Shown: one piece after another, positions 35,790-50,719 of the stretch | Numbering within the stretch: position 1 is the stretch's first letter | Layout: each line of letters begins with the position of its first letter | Assembly: GCA_050575255.1 (NCBI GenBank) | Contig: JBNZDD010013686.1 | Coordinates: 5,809,468 to 5,873,467 of the forward strand | Direction: 5' to 3' | DNA: 64,000 nucleotides | Source of the DNA: Harriotta raleighana | Taxonomy: Eukaryota | Translations under genes and position numbers: made by a program | The notes under the pieces: generated by a model | Database searches by the model: none | The model's input: the letters and a program-made list of their open reading frames with translations, nothing else | Told to the model about the DNA's origin: nothing

Positions 35790-36100
35790 ACCTCCGAGGT
35801 GTCAGTGCACATTCCTTTGTACCGTTGCTTTTTGTTTGGAATTATTTCGCTCAACTCTCTCCCTCTCTCCCTTCTCCCTCCCTCTCTCCCTCGCCCGGAA
35901 AATGACTTCAGTTCCGCTGCTGGGGGTGGGGTTGACCGATCCACGCTAAAACACTGGGAAAAGCAATGGAAACACTTTCTTTGTAAGGGAGGGGCTGAAA
36001 CGCCCAGCCCGGTGGACAGGGAGTTAGAAGGCTGTACTTCCCAACTCTGGCCACCCTTTGATTGAAGCGGTGGTAAGTGCTCTGAGTCACAGGCTCTGCG
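35790..36100 (-). promoter_or_regulatory. Candidate promoter/first exon of the mir-223 host transcript
   Basis: Repeat-free block ~5 kb upstream of the hairpin on minus, with ETS/PU.1-like CCGGAA (35895) and AGCGGAACTG (minus, 35909-35918), a CACCC box (35922-35931) and AP-1 TGAGTCA (36083). Confidence 0.35.
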
Positions 36101-37316
36101 TGAAGGGTGTCGTACAAATGCAAACTGTTGCTGTTGTTGCTAATTGATTTGAGGGATGTTGGTGGGGGCTGCGCCTCAGCAAAATTGACCTCAGCATCTG
36201 TAAGGCAGGACAGTTTGCAAGAGAAAGCCCTCAAATTTGTCCTCCTGATTGCTAATCAATGGTTGCTTGAATGGGGCTGCAGCAATTGGGTGCACTGGGC
36301 GAGGGAGATGAAGATGATGTGGCTGTTCATCAGTAAACTTACTGATCATTGCGTTCGAGCATGCATTATTCTCTGTCAGTGAAAAACCAATAACGCAAAG
36401 ACCAAAATTGGTAAATGTTAGATTAAGCTTTTGTTCTCAGTCAATCCCACACTCACACGGAAATCCCCCCACCACCGACCACCCCCATCGCTGGGTACCC
36501 TGACTAAAGTCATCATCCATTGTACTGATGAGCATGTTTGAGATGGCTGAAGGCTACCACTGCCAGCGGACATGGTTTGCAGCAAGAGTAACTGCCTTCG
36601 CGAGAGCAAATGTACGATATAATAAATTGTGATGAGCAGATACTTAAGGAGTTTATTATAAACAACAGAGGAAGCCAGAGGCTGAATTACTGTCTCAGAC
36701 TCACCAGCGATAACTTATGATTCATTTCAAATTACCGTCTGTTAAATTATTGTAAAAATATACTTTTTTCCCCCCTAAACTTTCGTCACTATTGGGCAGT
36801 GGGAGCACTTCATAGGGGTGGCGTGGGATAGGGCAGTAGAGCTGATGATGACACGTTAATGTCACTGGGAGATGGAAATGTCACACTTAGTTTTGACGGA
36901 GAATGTAATTGTGGCAGGCGTTTTATTGCCGTTGGATAATCCAGAAGCATTAGAGTGTATATTAACAGCTGGAGACAGAGCTAAATCCAAATAAGGATTA
37001 CGACAGTGTGTTTCTGAAACATTTCCTCAGCCTTGTCCCACTCCAAATGTTTCCGTGTCACTTTCCAACCTTTTCCACTCGTGTTGAACCACATCCTTGT
37101 CTGAAGTTGCCCCCACTCCTCTCCCAAAGCGCAAACCAGAAAAATACTCGATAAACCCATCGGCAATGTCTCCCGAGTAAGTTCTGAGTCATCTCCACAC
37201 CCAATGTCTTGGCCATGAGGTGAGACTGAACTGAGCTGAGGAGAAAAGGTCGCAATGGGGCCGTGATGGAGAGACAGTGTTCAAGTGAGCCGGCAGCTGA
37301 AGTACATTCAGAAAAC

Positions 37317-37643
37317 CTGCGGATCTCAACCATTTTCAGTAATGTGCGTATCCACTTGTTAATTTTCAACATTATCATGTACCCGCACCCTATAACACAC
37401 CCCCACACACACAGACACACAGACACAGACACACACACACACACACACACCAACCCCCTCATTCCATTTGCATATGACCAAGCACATACAAAACGAGGGG
37501 AAAAACAATTAAATACACTATTTAGAAAAATACACTATTTATAAAAAACGATAAATAAGAGAGCTAAATGTACTATCACCTGTTCCCCCTGGAAGTCATT
37601 TTGTACACCCTGAGCTACATGTACCCCTGGTTGAGAACCGTTG
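37317..37643 (-). mobile_element. hAT MITE, second and more diverged copy of the 18742-19072 element
   Basis: TIRs CTGCGGATCTCAACC / GGTTGAGAACCGTTG; internal sequence is the reverse complement of copy 1, with (CA)n. Confidence 0.85.
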
Positions 37644-40600
37644 ACCTAGAGGGAACCTTATCCAATCCAATGCTGTGCATGACTTGAGAGTGATATATCC
37701 TGACTTTGACGCCAACAAACAAGTCCAAAAATATGCCAAACACTTTAATGTGTGCAAAACGTACAGACGTTTTATATTACAAACAGATTCACCGTGGAGG
37801 GAACCACATTCTTTATACCTTTTCATTAAAATACAGTACAGTATTCAGCTGTCAGGCTGTTTTTCTACAGTTAAGCCACAGTGTGGAGTACAAGGACACT
37901 GCTGTTAAACACTGCTTTAATGGTGGAACATTGCCAATGTAAATAAAATACAGTCAATTTATTTTACAGTATATTCTGTGAAGCGCTTTGAGACATCTAG
38001 AAGACGTGAAAAGCGCTATATCAAATGCAAGGATTATTATTATTATTAAGTGGTAAAACTGTGAAAAACAAAAATATTCAACTAGGAGCAGGCTTTTGTA
38101 GGGTGAGTGAGTGGGAAATCACGGGAATACAATTTCTTTTGCTGAGGCCGAGAATGGGAAACGTCACCTTTCAGGTTATTGTAATTGGATTGAATAAGAA
38201 ACAAAGAGGCTGAAGCGTTTGTTTCATCCCATTCTTGCCCCAGTTTCCTGCACTGCCTCTGCTCCAATGGTTGAATCGACGTCGGAAACAATTTGAACCT
38301 GGGTTGCTGGAGTTTTCTTCTCTTAAAAACTTGCGACTGAGTTGAAGCTATTTTTAAAAATAATATCTCTCTTAAGATCTTTATGTTTTAAGTCGATGGT
38401 TTGTTCCGCACACTTGGAAACTCTCACAGGGAGCGTCCGCAGTATTCTAGTACTATGCTGATTGACAGCTCAGCCAGCCGGGCTCATCGACAGGACTTGG
38501 AAGATCAGACCAGTCACTGAGAGCAGGGAATCCTCCCACTCAGCTGCTGTAAACCCCGCAAGCCAAAGCCCTAATGGGTAGGGTTGGTCTGGGCTGGACA
38601 AGCAGCGGGAAAGCTCGTCAGACGGTGCGTTAAGTGGACGGTCTGAAGGCCGAGACTATGCTGGGGGCCTATGATATTTGTTGAAAGTTGAATACTGCAC
38701 TTCCTTGCATGTAGAAATTTTCAGGTGCGTCAAGCGAGTGCGAATCTCCACTGCTACTGTGGGAGGAGAGGGAGAGAAACCCAGAGCAACACCATAAGGG
38801 AGGAGGAGGTGAGGGTGGATGAGAGCTGTCATAGCAATAGAGGGCACTGCACCAAACATTCCTGGCTATAACAGGGAGAAATGCTTGTCTGCAGATTGTC
38901 CAGAGTTATGGGGATTGGTACAGGGAAGGGGTAAAATTATGACATTTCATAGTAATGTGTGTCTTCGGATCCAGGAACCACCATAAGTTTTTTTTTGTTT
39001 AAATAATGAAAGGATTTAATAGATACTTGGAAACCTCATAAGTCCAAATAAAGCATAGGACAGTGCTCTGAAGAGTGGCTTGGTGGAGCGATTCTGCCCA
39101 AGTGTTTTGTTTTGTTGTTAGCATAGTAACAGAGGACTTGGGTTTATTTTGATAGTCTTCAAGTAAAAATGTGTTTGATGGATTAACAGGGGTTTCTGGG
39201 AAAAGAATAACATTCTAGTCTTGAGCGTATTGAGGCAAACAGACATTTTTAACTTTAATTAAATTAACCTCTATGGAAGGGTTATAAAATAGTTGGCCGG
39301 GAGTAAGGAGACTGCAGTTATCTGGAATATTTCATGCTTTCAGTGTTGCAAACATAACACAGCTGCAAAAACCTGACAGGAAGAAGTAGGACTGTTGAGG
39401 CCTATAATAATATTTCTTCATTGTACGGCTGAACATGAAAAGAGATATGTTTGGTGGATGTATGACACTGTGAAGAAAATTACCATACAGCGTTACCGAA
39501 AATATTCACACAATAACCCATTGTTACCAAAGGCATGTCACATGAAATAATGGCACGTTCTCAAAATCTTACGTCTATGGATCCATAGGGCATTGTTTCC
39601 TAGATCATTGAGGAGCAACAGTTAATTACGATATTAGGTAAGCGACAGACAACGTACAAGAAAGCAGGCTGTGGAATCACAGATGCAGTTTTAGCTCGAG
39701 TTTCAATACCTGAAGTTCTGGGTTGACTCAAAGCAGCCAGCCAGGGCAGTGCAGTTTACGTATGCTCGCTCAGCTCTATCGACTTGCCCATTTTTGGCTT
39801 TTGCGAGGGAAAGCGTCCGTCAATAAAAAGGCAAGACCAGTTACTACGGAGGTTGCAATCTCCCGATTGCAATGCATCAAGCGGCCATCTGGATGACAAG
39901 CGACATTTTGGCTTTCGACCAAATTAACCTGCAACAAGCAAAGGACTGGCCAGGCATATATAAGAACACGTTCTTACAATAAATCCTCAGTGTTGTTTAG
40001 TCGTTTGTCTATATTGTGTTTATTGTTCCTGTCATATTTGTGATAAACATTGGGGATTAATCCCCCACTGACCACCTCCCCCACTCCACATCCACCACCA
40101 CCACCCACCTACCCCCGCACCACATCTCACAGATCACCGCACAAAGTATCTCCGCGTGCATAAGCACTGCCAAATGAAGCACTTTGAGACGTCTAGAAGA
40201 CGTGAAAAGTGCTATATCAAACGCCCGGATTATTATTATTATATCCAATGTAACATGCACAGTAAATGCACAGAGCTGCCAAGATGCACAAAGCTACTGA
40301 GCAATGGTAAATATCATGCGGGAAATCTAGGCATCCACCACTACCTGGGATTGGGATCAACGCAGTTCACCCTTACTTGCAAGGACACATCCCAGGCCCC
40401 AGCCTGCCTGCCTGCAAGTGGTGGACGCAAGCTTTCTCACATTCCCACAAACAGCAATCCTGGACTGCTTTGTTTTTGGGTCAAAGCTCGCCCTTCCAGG
40501 CCCTCCTCCTTTACATATGTGCGTTTCATTTTGATTGAACTCTCTATATTTTACGATTTCCCTCAGTCACACTGCATTCCAAAATTGGACTTGGGTTGCC

Positions 40601-41167
40601 AATGTGCTCTTTGGCAAACACTGCCAACAAATTTTTTTTTCCGAGATTCTTTTCTTTCAACTATGCCCGCCCCCTTTTCAACTTTGCCATATAAAATACC
40701 TATTTTTGTTGGGGATGTAACTGACTGTGGGAACGCATACATTACACACTTCCTACAATGATATATTTGGAAGCCAGATGAATTAGAAAAAGAAGCCAAA
40801 CTGTTAAGGTTAGAACGTCCTACGGAGAGCTCGCTTTAAGAAGGGCTCCAATTTCGATGCCTTCTCTAAGCGTGTTTCTTTGTGCAATCTCCGCAACCTT
40901 TCTATTCAGTTCTCCACACTTCATCAGTCCATCCGTTGACTGTTTCGGTCTCCATTCGGAGAATAATTAACGACTGGAACAGTTTGCCAGGAAAGATGGT
41001 TGAGATCAGGACAGTCGACGCATTTAAAAAGCAAGCTTGATGCAGTGATGGGTGTGCGGGTTGGTGGCGTGGGGGAAGTTCTGGAAGGATGGGCTGAAGG
41101 GCTGATTTTCTGATGTTGTGTTAATCCTTGCACATTCATCTATGAATAGAGCAAATGATAATAACAA

Positions 41168-41458
41168 AATAATAATCATTGCATTTGATATAACGCTTTC
41201 ACGTCAAGCATTTCTCAAAATATATTGTAAAGTGAATTGACTGTATATTTATGGGCGAAACATGGCAGCCAATTGCGGACAGCAGTGTCCCACAAAACAG
41301 TCTTGGATTGAAATGGACAATTTATTAGTTTTTTTTTGAGGGATTATTATTAAGCATGTAGAGTAAGGAACTTTCCCAAGATTTTGCACTGCCTGGAATT
41401 GAACCCAGATCTCTCGCTTGTAAGACGAGTGCTCCAACCACTGAGCTGCAGGATTCCA
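41168..41458 (-). mobile_element. tRNA-derived Deu-core SINE
   Basis: Reverse-complement match to the family consensus. Confidence 0.88.
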
Positions 41459-44400
41459 CTGTAGCAGTAATGCTACCTCACTATGACCTGGAATGTTCAG
41501 ATTTAGGTCAACATGGTGGGAATAGTGTTTATCAAAAAGGGGAAAGATGATGGGAGTAAATTCTTGACTATTTTAAATTAATTGGCATGAATCCAAAAGA
41601 GAAGGGAGTTTCCCCTCTCCTGCCCAACAATCTCCCAGAGAAAATTGACTGTTCAAAGCGCGAGCAAAGTTTTTGGGGGCACTTATTATTTTTTGATGTG
41701 CTCCCATCATTATTAGCAGGAACTTAGAACTTTGCAAACCAGAAATTCCTGCTTGGAAGCAACAATCATAAGGTTGTTTAAGATTGGTAAGGGGCATCAA
41801 GGGCAACGTTTAACTCGCGAGACCATTACAAATGTTCTAAGACAGTGCTTCGGATGGGTCTCAAAATCGTTTGGAAGACGATTTTCATTTTTGTCCTAAA
41901 TGCTGCTGCTTTGAAAATAATGCCGGGCTGAACATTGGTTCCTTTAAGAAGAGTACCGTAAACCCAAGGCAGGTTTGAAAAGCTGGAGTTAAGCCATGGT
42001 TTTGCTCATGCTGCTTTGATTCAGCTCTGAGCTCAATGGGCTCAAGCTAGATTGAATGAAGTTACACTGAATCGTCGAAGTCCAAGGCAGCTTCAAACAT
42101 CCTAACTGAATATAAAATAACATTTCATTCTGTTTTTGAATGCTTTACATTTGACCAACTGCTTGTTTTTAGGTACGCTTGATAGCGCTGGAAGAAAGGA
42201 CGTCCTTGTTCCTTTTTTTTGCTCAGTGGGTGACTGACACAATACGGGAACCCATCTTTAAGAGTATCTAAATCAAACTGAGAATTGTTTGAATCATATC
42301 TCTATCAGACCAGACCAGGTTAAATCTCTTTGCTTCCTTGGTGGAGTGGGTATGAGTAGTTACCTGGCAGTGGGAGTTCACTTAGCAAAGATTTTTAAAA
42401 AAAAATTATGTGTGTTTAATGTTTAAATTATTCCAAATTTACACTAATTTACATTAAATTTTAAGAGCGCCTTATCACATAAAAATATCTGAAAGTGGCA
42501 TTCAGTAATTACGGGCATGTGCAGTGACTGTATTTTGTAGGTGAATGAGACATGGGGTAAATTCAGTACAGCTATCAAACAGATGAGAATGTTTTGTCAA
42601 CAGAATACACAATCACTAAAATTCACAATAAACTGGGTATAAAGCTTTGAGACGTTCTTCCAAGATGAAAGCCACTATATCAAATGCAAGGATTATTATT
42701 ATAATATTATAATATCATTCAATGAAGAACTACAATGGTAAAAACCACAAACAAACAAATCTTTGGAAATTACCTATAACTAAACAGATTAGCCAGTGTA
42801 TAAAGTTGTACAAAGTTAATATGATCTACTTTGCTGGAGTCAGGTGTGCAGTTACCTCAATTGACACATTCCTCCGAATTTATATGTTGGTATGTGTATA
42901 GACTGAGTTATATCTGCTGCTGGCATAAACCATGTGAAAAAATGTTCAGCTTCAGCAAAGTTAATGCAGAAAAACGTTTTTTTAAAGGATTAAGCAATAT
43001 TTAATTGCTGGGCGATTCAATAATATTTTCTCTCATCATTTATTATCTGAAAAATGTCCTTGTTGTTCGTTAGCTAGTTAGTTAGTTAGAGAGAATGGAC
43101 ATTGTGTACTGCCGGCCTCAATTCCTGCAGGCTGACACATTCTCTGACGTAAAACAGCGTGGAAGGATCATGGACTTTCGCATTACTGAAAGTCAGAGAG
43201 CATCTAACCCTACAGAAGGATGTTGCTCTACAGCAGCAATCTGCTAACATTGCCTTCTTAATTTCTTAACTTTGGATTGTTCATTGATGTACAGCGTTTG
43301 CTCCGAAAATACTCTACTGTTGGCGTTTAGAACTTTTGACACTTGGCTGGTCTCTGCGTTCATCCCCCCCCCCCCCACCCTTTATTAATTGCACCCTCGG
43401 GGCACTGAAAATGTTCCGAACCAACGGGATCGTTAGCGGTGGTGGAGAGCGGAGAGAATTATAGGGTGGATTGAAACAAGAAAATGTGCACGGCTGAAGT
43501 TTTTGTCCGTGCAAGACTGGGTGGTGAAGCTCTGCATTGTCACCTCTGCCACCTGGATTTGCATCAATCCAAGAGCGAAAGAATGCTTCTTTTTGCTTTG
43601 TTGGTCAGAAGGCTTCGAAATTTGGAGCGTTTGAAACGAGCTAGGTGTGGGGTCAAGTGCCCAGCACAAAACTGGCAGCAAATAACTAGGTTTTAGCCCG
43701 CAAAATACACAGTAGATTCTGCAAAGCGCTTTGAGACGTCTCACCGACATGATAAGGCATATATGTATATCAAAACCAAGGACTATTATGTATTATTATG
43801 ACTTAAATAAATCGATAATAGAGCTGGGAGGAACAGGCAGGCTCTCCAAAGAGAAGTTGTACCCCAGTGGAAGGAAAAAGAAGTCAAAAATTCCGAGGAG
43901 AGGAAGGGAGAGGATAAAGAGAGCAAAGAATGCTAGTTAGTGACCAGTGTAAGGGTTAAAGACCTTCTTGGCACAGGATGGATATTGCTGAGTTCATTCA
44001 TGTGCAATTCTGTCTAGGGTAGGTTGCTGAAGGAAATGAGCAAGAAGGGAAGCATTCTTGTTTTGTTTCTGGGGCTAAGCTGTAGCAGTGAAAACCACTT
44101 GAAATTCCCACAGCTCTTTCAGCTCACCAAGCGTACAGAGCAGTGGCATCTCCCACAGCAAGATGGAAGTGGTCATTTTCGCAAACAACAGATGTTATCC
44201 AGGGCTGCCCAAGCCAATCTGTGGGCGAGGCCTTTGTTCAGTTGATTGCTCATGTTTTAATACATCCTATCAGCCTGTTGGTTGACATGATAAGCCTGCT
44301 ACATCTCATACTGGCGTGCAAGTGAATCTGATAGGGAAGCTTCCTACCTAGAGAAGGAATGCCATGATAAACGCAACAAATTTAGCTATTAAAATACACT

Positions 44401-44469
44401 TTAACAAGGAGTGGTTAAGAATGGAGAGGGTTTGTTTTTGCACAAGGGCTCATTTTTTGGGGGCACAAG

Positions 44470-44805
44470 GGCTCCTGTAGCTCAGTGGTTAGAGCACTCA
44501 CCTTACAAGTGTGAGACCTGTGTTCGAATCCAAACAGATCAGGGCAAAACATTGGGCAAGTTTCCTTACTCCACACACACGTCTAATAATAATCCATCCC
44601 CCAAAAATACATAATAGTAAAAATTGGTCATTTCAATCCACAACTGTTTGTGGGACACTGCTGTGCGCAATTGGCTGCCGCGATTCGCCCACAAATATAC
44701 AGTCAATTCACTTTACAGTATATTCTGTGATGCGCTTTGAGACGTCAATAAGATGTGAAAAGCGCTTTATCAAATGCAAGGATTATTATTATTTATTATT
44801 ATTAT
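44470..44805 (+). mobile_element. tRNA-derived Deu-core SINE, full length
   Basis: A/B boxes intact, core, (ATT)n tail. Confidence 0.92.
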
Positions 44806-46544
44806 TCAGGAACATGTGTGGTATTGATGCCTTAATGCCAGGCTGCCATCCCTCTATATTGCTCCTTCATCTCTCACCTCAAGAAGAAATAGCTCATGCT
44901 GGGACTGGGTGTCACGTTGAGAGAGAACATTACATGGTCAACTCTGGCATGAAAGGTTTCTTCAGTCAGAGGAATTATAGGGTTTTGGCATTCATTACCA
45001 CAGACGGTTATTAAAAATCCCTCCAAAGAACAAATAAGTAGATTTAATAAACGTTGGAGCAGTAAAAAAAATACATTAAGAGATATGGGGAAGAGAGTTG
45101 GAAAGTAGAGATTGATAAATTGTGTGTGTGTATGTGGGGGGGGCATTGAATATAATACAATACATTTTACATTTAGAATGAACTCTTTCACGTCAGCAGG
45201 ATTCCGTCCACGAATATCTTCCTATCTTCGAGGAAAGGTGCCTATGTTTTCTAATCTTTCCTGTGTTGGAGCGAACAGTTCATGGGTGGGCCGAGATGGT
45301 ACAATGTGCTGGAACCATCAGCTCTGGAACGAGTTAAATCGGGAGCTGGCGAGCTGCTCTCAAGGTCAAAGCTCGCAACGTAAACAAATTCCATTTGTCT
45401 TCATCCCGTTCCCACAGCAGAGAACTGACGGAGAAGCCTGTGAACGTAGGAATGGCATATAGACTTACTGACTCACGTTCACCACTAACACCCGCGTGGA
45501 GTCCACTTTTGGGCAGAAACAAAAAAAGATGCTTTTGTATGAAATGTTTTTTTGTGGGGGAAGAAATGAAGCAATTAATTGGTTGCCTGACTTCCTGCAA
45601 AATGGAACCTCGAGCCTACGCATGGGGTTTAATGGAAGAATATTGCCTCACGGAAATCTGAATTCAATTTACTCGGCTCCAAATGGGAATGTTGCAAACT
45701 GTCTCAACCTTTGTTATTTTCTAGGAACTGGTTTATTGCTGTTATTTATTTTCTGACCCTATTCTTCATTCATTATACAATGTGTGTCTGAAGCCTTAGG
45801 GCTATATTTTATGGGTCTGGGTCCTGTTCATAGGCAGTGATATTTTCACGTCATGTAGAGCGAGTGAGGCGCAACATACGGTTGCAACATTCACATGTGT
45901 GGATCAGTCATATTATTCAAGGCAATTTTTTTTTTAAATATAGTCGCACAGTTAGAAACGGAAATGATTGAAATTAACCCAGCTTCGGACATTGTTTTGA
46001 TCAAATATGGACAGCAACAAAACACAAATTACATTTAGGTAGCGCCTTTAATGTCGGGGGCATGTCCCAAGTCGCTGGCGAAAGTAACTCTGGAACGCTG
46101 CAGCTAAACGAGCTTACTTGTTCAGTTGGAAGCTGTTGTTATGTTGGTAGCATAGTTGGTATGCTGACCAGCGAAAGCTATCTCTAATAATATAATATAA
46201 TAATCAACCTATCTCTGGGTTTATTTGATACAGCGCCGTTTCATGACTTCGAGATGTCTCAAAGCACTTCACAGAAATATACTGTAAAGTGAAGTGACTG
46301 TATGTTTTGTGGGAGAAACGCAAGGTTAAGTGTGAACCGATTTAAGTACTTCAGGATGTCACAAACAGGCTGGCTCTTGCTGAGCAGAAGTAAGTATCTT
46401 AACCTAAACCAAATTGTTGAGCGGGTGTGTGGGGGAGAGAGCAGGTGTAGGTGGGGAGGGTGGGGAGAATGTGGTATGTGATGTGCTAATTACTGCATCA
46501 CATACCTCTGGATTCCATTATGAGTGTTAAAAATCGTACCCAAA

Positions 46545-46863
46545 ATAATAATTATAATAATCCTTGCATTTGATATAGCGCTTTTCACATCTTATCAATG
46601 TCTCAAAGCGCTTCACAGAATGTACTGTAAAGTGAATTGACTGTATATTTGTGGGCGAAACGCGGCAGCCAATTGCACACAGCAGCGTCCACAAACAGTC
46701 GTGGAATGAAATGACCAATTTTATTATTGTGTATTTCAAGGGATTATTTTTGGCATGTGGAGTAAGGAAACTTGGCCAAAGTTTTGCCCTGACCTGCCTG
46801 GATTCCAACACAGGTCTCACACTTGTCAGGCGAGTGCTCTAACCACTGAGCTACAGGACTCCA
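46545..46863 (-). mobile_element. tRNA-derived Deu-core SINE, full length
   Basis: Reverse-complement match to the family consensus. Confidence 0.92.
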
Positions 46864-47726
46864 CTGCAGTGGTCTGAAGCCATGACTGAACGTACAGGTT
46901 TCTGTGTATACTCTGTGACATTTCTATACAAGCATTTGTGGTTTATATCCCTGACAAATCTTTTTTTCCTTAAAGCAATTTTTTTTTTCCTTTGTGCAGA
47001 TCAGATAAGGTGCCCACTTTACTTTCTCTGTTTAAACGTTCAAGGAAATGAACCACTAAGTATTACTTACTGTTTTGTGGAGCTCGCCCTGCCCTCTCCT
47101 TCCCATCCGTCTCAACCCCCTCCCAATAGTTGCCGTGACGATTCGGTACATCAAATGTATCTTGTTTATAGAGAGATGAAAGGAGTTTTAATGATTTCCT
47201 CGCTGTGACTGGTGTGCACATGTGTAGGCCAGCCAGAGGCATAATCTTAGTCCAATAGGACTGGGGTTGGAGGGACAGAACACAGCTCTGGGACTTTTGA
47301 ATCATTATGTAACTCATGCGAACAATAACAGGAAGTTATCTCACACTATCTCACGCATCTCACGCTATCTGAAAACTTAGAACCTTCTAAACTGGTGTCA
47401 TGCTCTTGTGATGTGCAAATCACATGTTCAGTTCTACAAACAGATTCCAAATTGCTCGACGGATCTAAAGTACCACAGGAATGCATCGATACAAACAGCC
47501 CATTCCGAGCACGAGCAGTCAATTGGCTCTTTGTTGCAGATTCCTTTTCGTTTTGTTGAGATCCATGCGTTTGACAGGGTGCCCACAAACTTTGAAACAT
47601 CTCAGAGGGGATTTCTGTCAAGCCATAGTGACTGCGTTACTTTCGCAAAGCGTTTCGCTTCGAAAGGCCCTCAATGATGTGAAAGTGCTATGGAAATGAA
47701 AATTGTTGTTTTTGGTATTGTGCGTG

Positions 47727-48310
47727 TCAGCAAATGCAACAGCCAATCAATTGTGTACAGCAACATCTCCAACCAACAGCCATGAAGTGAACGGTCGATT
47801 TATCTGAAGGATTACTGTCCAGGAAACTGTGAGAAATTCCCTCGTATTCTTCCAAATTGTGGTGGGATCTCTCACGCCCACCAATACAGGCTTGCATTGA
47901 TGCCTCAACTGAAAGACAGTACCTCTGACAATACAGTGCAATGGCTCGAAACACTTTACAATAGTCCGAGTGGCCGTTTTGTAAGCAAAAGGAACAGTTA
48001 CTCTGTGCCAGTGGGACGGACGACTTATTTTTGTTTGGAATATTGGAGGGTGGAATATTCACTTGGGGGAGCTGAGATCGCTTCTCTCTCTTCTGCCAAA
48101 CAGAAACAGAGCAGCGTGGAATATTTAATATCCACCCAAACTGCGCAATAGACAAATGTGATCTGGTACAAAGGCCTTCCAAAAATGAGGTGCTCTCCTC
48201 AGTACTATACGGGAGTGTTGTCCTTGAGTTACCTGCTCAGATCCACTGTGGGGTTAGAACCAGAAATTTTCTCAGCCTGAGATGGGAAGGTTACCGACCG
48301 AGCCAATGCA
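47727..48310 (-). mobile_element. Older Deu-SINE (AmnSINE1/SacSINE1-like), diverged and interrupted
   Basis: Minus: tRNA-like head near 48300, GCACTGTATTGTCAGAGGTACTGTCTTTCAGTTGAG, AGATCCCA...GAAGAA, TGCTGTACACAATTGATTGGCTG. Confidence 0.6.
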
Positions 48311-48384
48311 GTCTGATTTTACTATCTCAAATTGGTCTAAATTTATGACAAACACACTCTTTCTCGTCCCTCAGTTGCACTATT

Positions 48385-48704
48385 ATAATGATAATACTGA
48401 TAATGCTTGCATTTGATATAGTGCTTTTCGTGTCTTGTAGCCGTCTCAAAGTGCTTCACAGAATATACTGAAAAGTAAATTGACTGTTTATTTGTGGGCG
48501 AAACGCAGCAGCCAATTACGCTCAGCAGTGGTCCATAAACAGTCGTGGATTTGAATTACCAATTTATTATTGGTTTTTTTGGGGGGATTATTATCAGCTT
48601 TGTGGAGTAAGGAAATTTGCCCACGGTTTTGCCTGGCCGGTAATCGAACGCAGTTCTCTCACTTACAAGGTGAGGGCTGTAACCACTGAGCTACAGAACT
48701 CCAC
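48385..48704 (-). mobile_element. tRNA-derived Deu-core SINE
   Basis: Reverse-complement match to the family consensus. Confidence 0.9.
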
Positions 48705-50719
48705 GACCCATGCTCTCAGCGTCTGGTCAACACTCTTTAAGTGGATAACTGAATTTTCAAAGCCCCAGTTCTTCATCTCAATGTCTGTAACCATGAAATA
48801 AGCATATGTTAAAATGTAAAGTAAAATTCTCATATTTTGTTACTTCCTGATAACTGTACTGTGTTTTCTAATGTCCGCCCGCATGCCTCACTGTGGCAGC
48901 TGTCCAAATATTTGCCTGACAAATATGATCTGTAGATGTCAGAAGATTTGCCAGAGGCTGAAGAGTATCATCTTCCTCACACCGTTACATCAATCACAGC
49001 AGATTTTCCTTTTAACTTCAGTTTCCTTTGTTTATTGTAATCTCCCCGCGATGGTTTCCTGTGGTTTTAAATCTTCAGCATAAAGTGCGCTGTTTAGGTA
49101 CTGAGCGTTCTGCACCTTTCCAGAGTAATAGCGGAAGATTAATGGGGACAAATCGAGTATATAAGGTTTAGAACAGGGGTCTAATTTGTGGTATCTGTCA
49201 ATGCGATTTCTTAACAAAGGATCCTATTTGAATTCACTTTGATGCTCGGGTAACGTGCCTCTGGAACACTGTTGGAGTGGACTTGATCTACTTCTGGTTA
49301 CCATACTTGATCTACTTCTGGTTACTATAAGGATTCCCCAATTTGTGTGACAAAGGGAAGTTTATTTGATAACGAAAGGTACATCGCAATAATCAAAGGA
49401 AGGTCTCGTTTGATGTGATTTACCTGAGGAGTGGAGGTTTCCGAGTCAATAGGAATAACTGGTTCAGCAACCCCATGAAGAAATATCACAAACTTACGAG
49501 TCCAACATGTTTTAACCATCTTAAGAGGGGTTAATGACAGGAGCGTAGATACAGACTAACCTTTCTGTGTCACCTAAATAATACACGCCTTCTAAGGTCT
49601 CGGAAATTCTACAATGAAGTGACACAGTTGTGTATTAGTTTGGTTTAAATGCTGTACTGTTAACAGAACGTGAGATATTCTACAAAGAAAATTGCAGCTG
49701 AAAAATGAGGTTCAGTGAGTTTACAGAAGAAAGGCGAACGGTTTTAATATATGCAGGAAGGAAAAGAATACTCCACACTTGCTGCTGATTATTCCACACC
49801 GACTTCAACAAAAACATGCACTCGGCGGAGCAAAGCTTTCAAAACAGCCAAACTCAGTTTGAAATAATGCTGATCAATTGAACTTGATAATATATTGTAT
49901 TAACTCACATGAAAAATGCTGATTGCTCACTTCCCCTGACTGCAGATATGCGATAGCACTACAAAGCAGGGAGTTTGCTGATTCACAGCACTTTTTTTTC
50001 GCGCGCGGAGAACTTGTCAGATAAGGGGCTCAAATTGGATGAGGTCTGATGGGGAAGTGTAGTGTGGCTACAGAGGTATTCCTTTGATCTCCGAGTCCTG
50101 GCCTTGTCACATCAGCGATCGAGACAATAATGGCCGAAGCTGATGTCCAGATAAAATATTTTCTCTGAAGGAAAATGGTAGGCAGCATTCAAAATGTAAC
50201 ATTCAAAGTCATGCCCCATAAGTGGTAAGTTTCTCCTCAAAATAAGCCCAGAATGATATTTTATAATAATAAGAATCCTTTCATTTGATATAGCGCTTTT
50301 CACATTCTATTGACGTCTCAAAGCGCTTCACAGAATATACTGAAAAGTGAATTGACTGTATATTTGCGGTAGCCAATTGAGCACAGCAGCGTCTGCACAA
50401 ACAGTCGTGGATTGAAATGAGCAATTTTATTATTGTGTTTTTTTTGACAGATTAATATTATTTCAGATACAACAGATGAACACAGGTTGAGTCAGGGTGC
50501 TAAAGGGCAATTTCATGACAGAGGCTAGAAAATATTCCTTCATAAACAAGAAATATGAATGAATAACTGGAATGGAATTACTGGGAAGAATGTTTGAGGC
50601 CATACCCATTTAAGAATCATGGTCGGAGTCAGAGGTGTTTGAGTTCAAGCCCCAACTAGGGTCTTTGAGATCGTAGACTAGACTAACACTCTAGTTGCTG
50701 GGGGAGCGCTGGATTGTCA

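Noticed and set aside
49281-49328. Short two-copy tandem duplications (24 nt here; similar near 13537, 17606 and 29713)
   Set aside because: Ordinary slippage duplications with two units and no unique spacers; not CRISPR-like.
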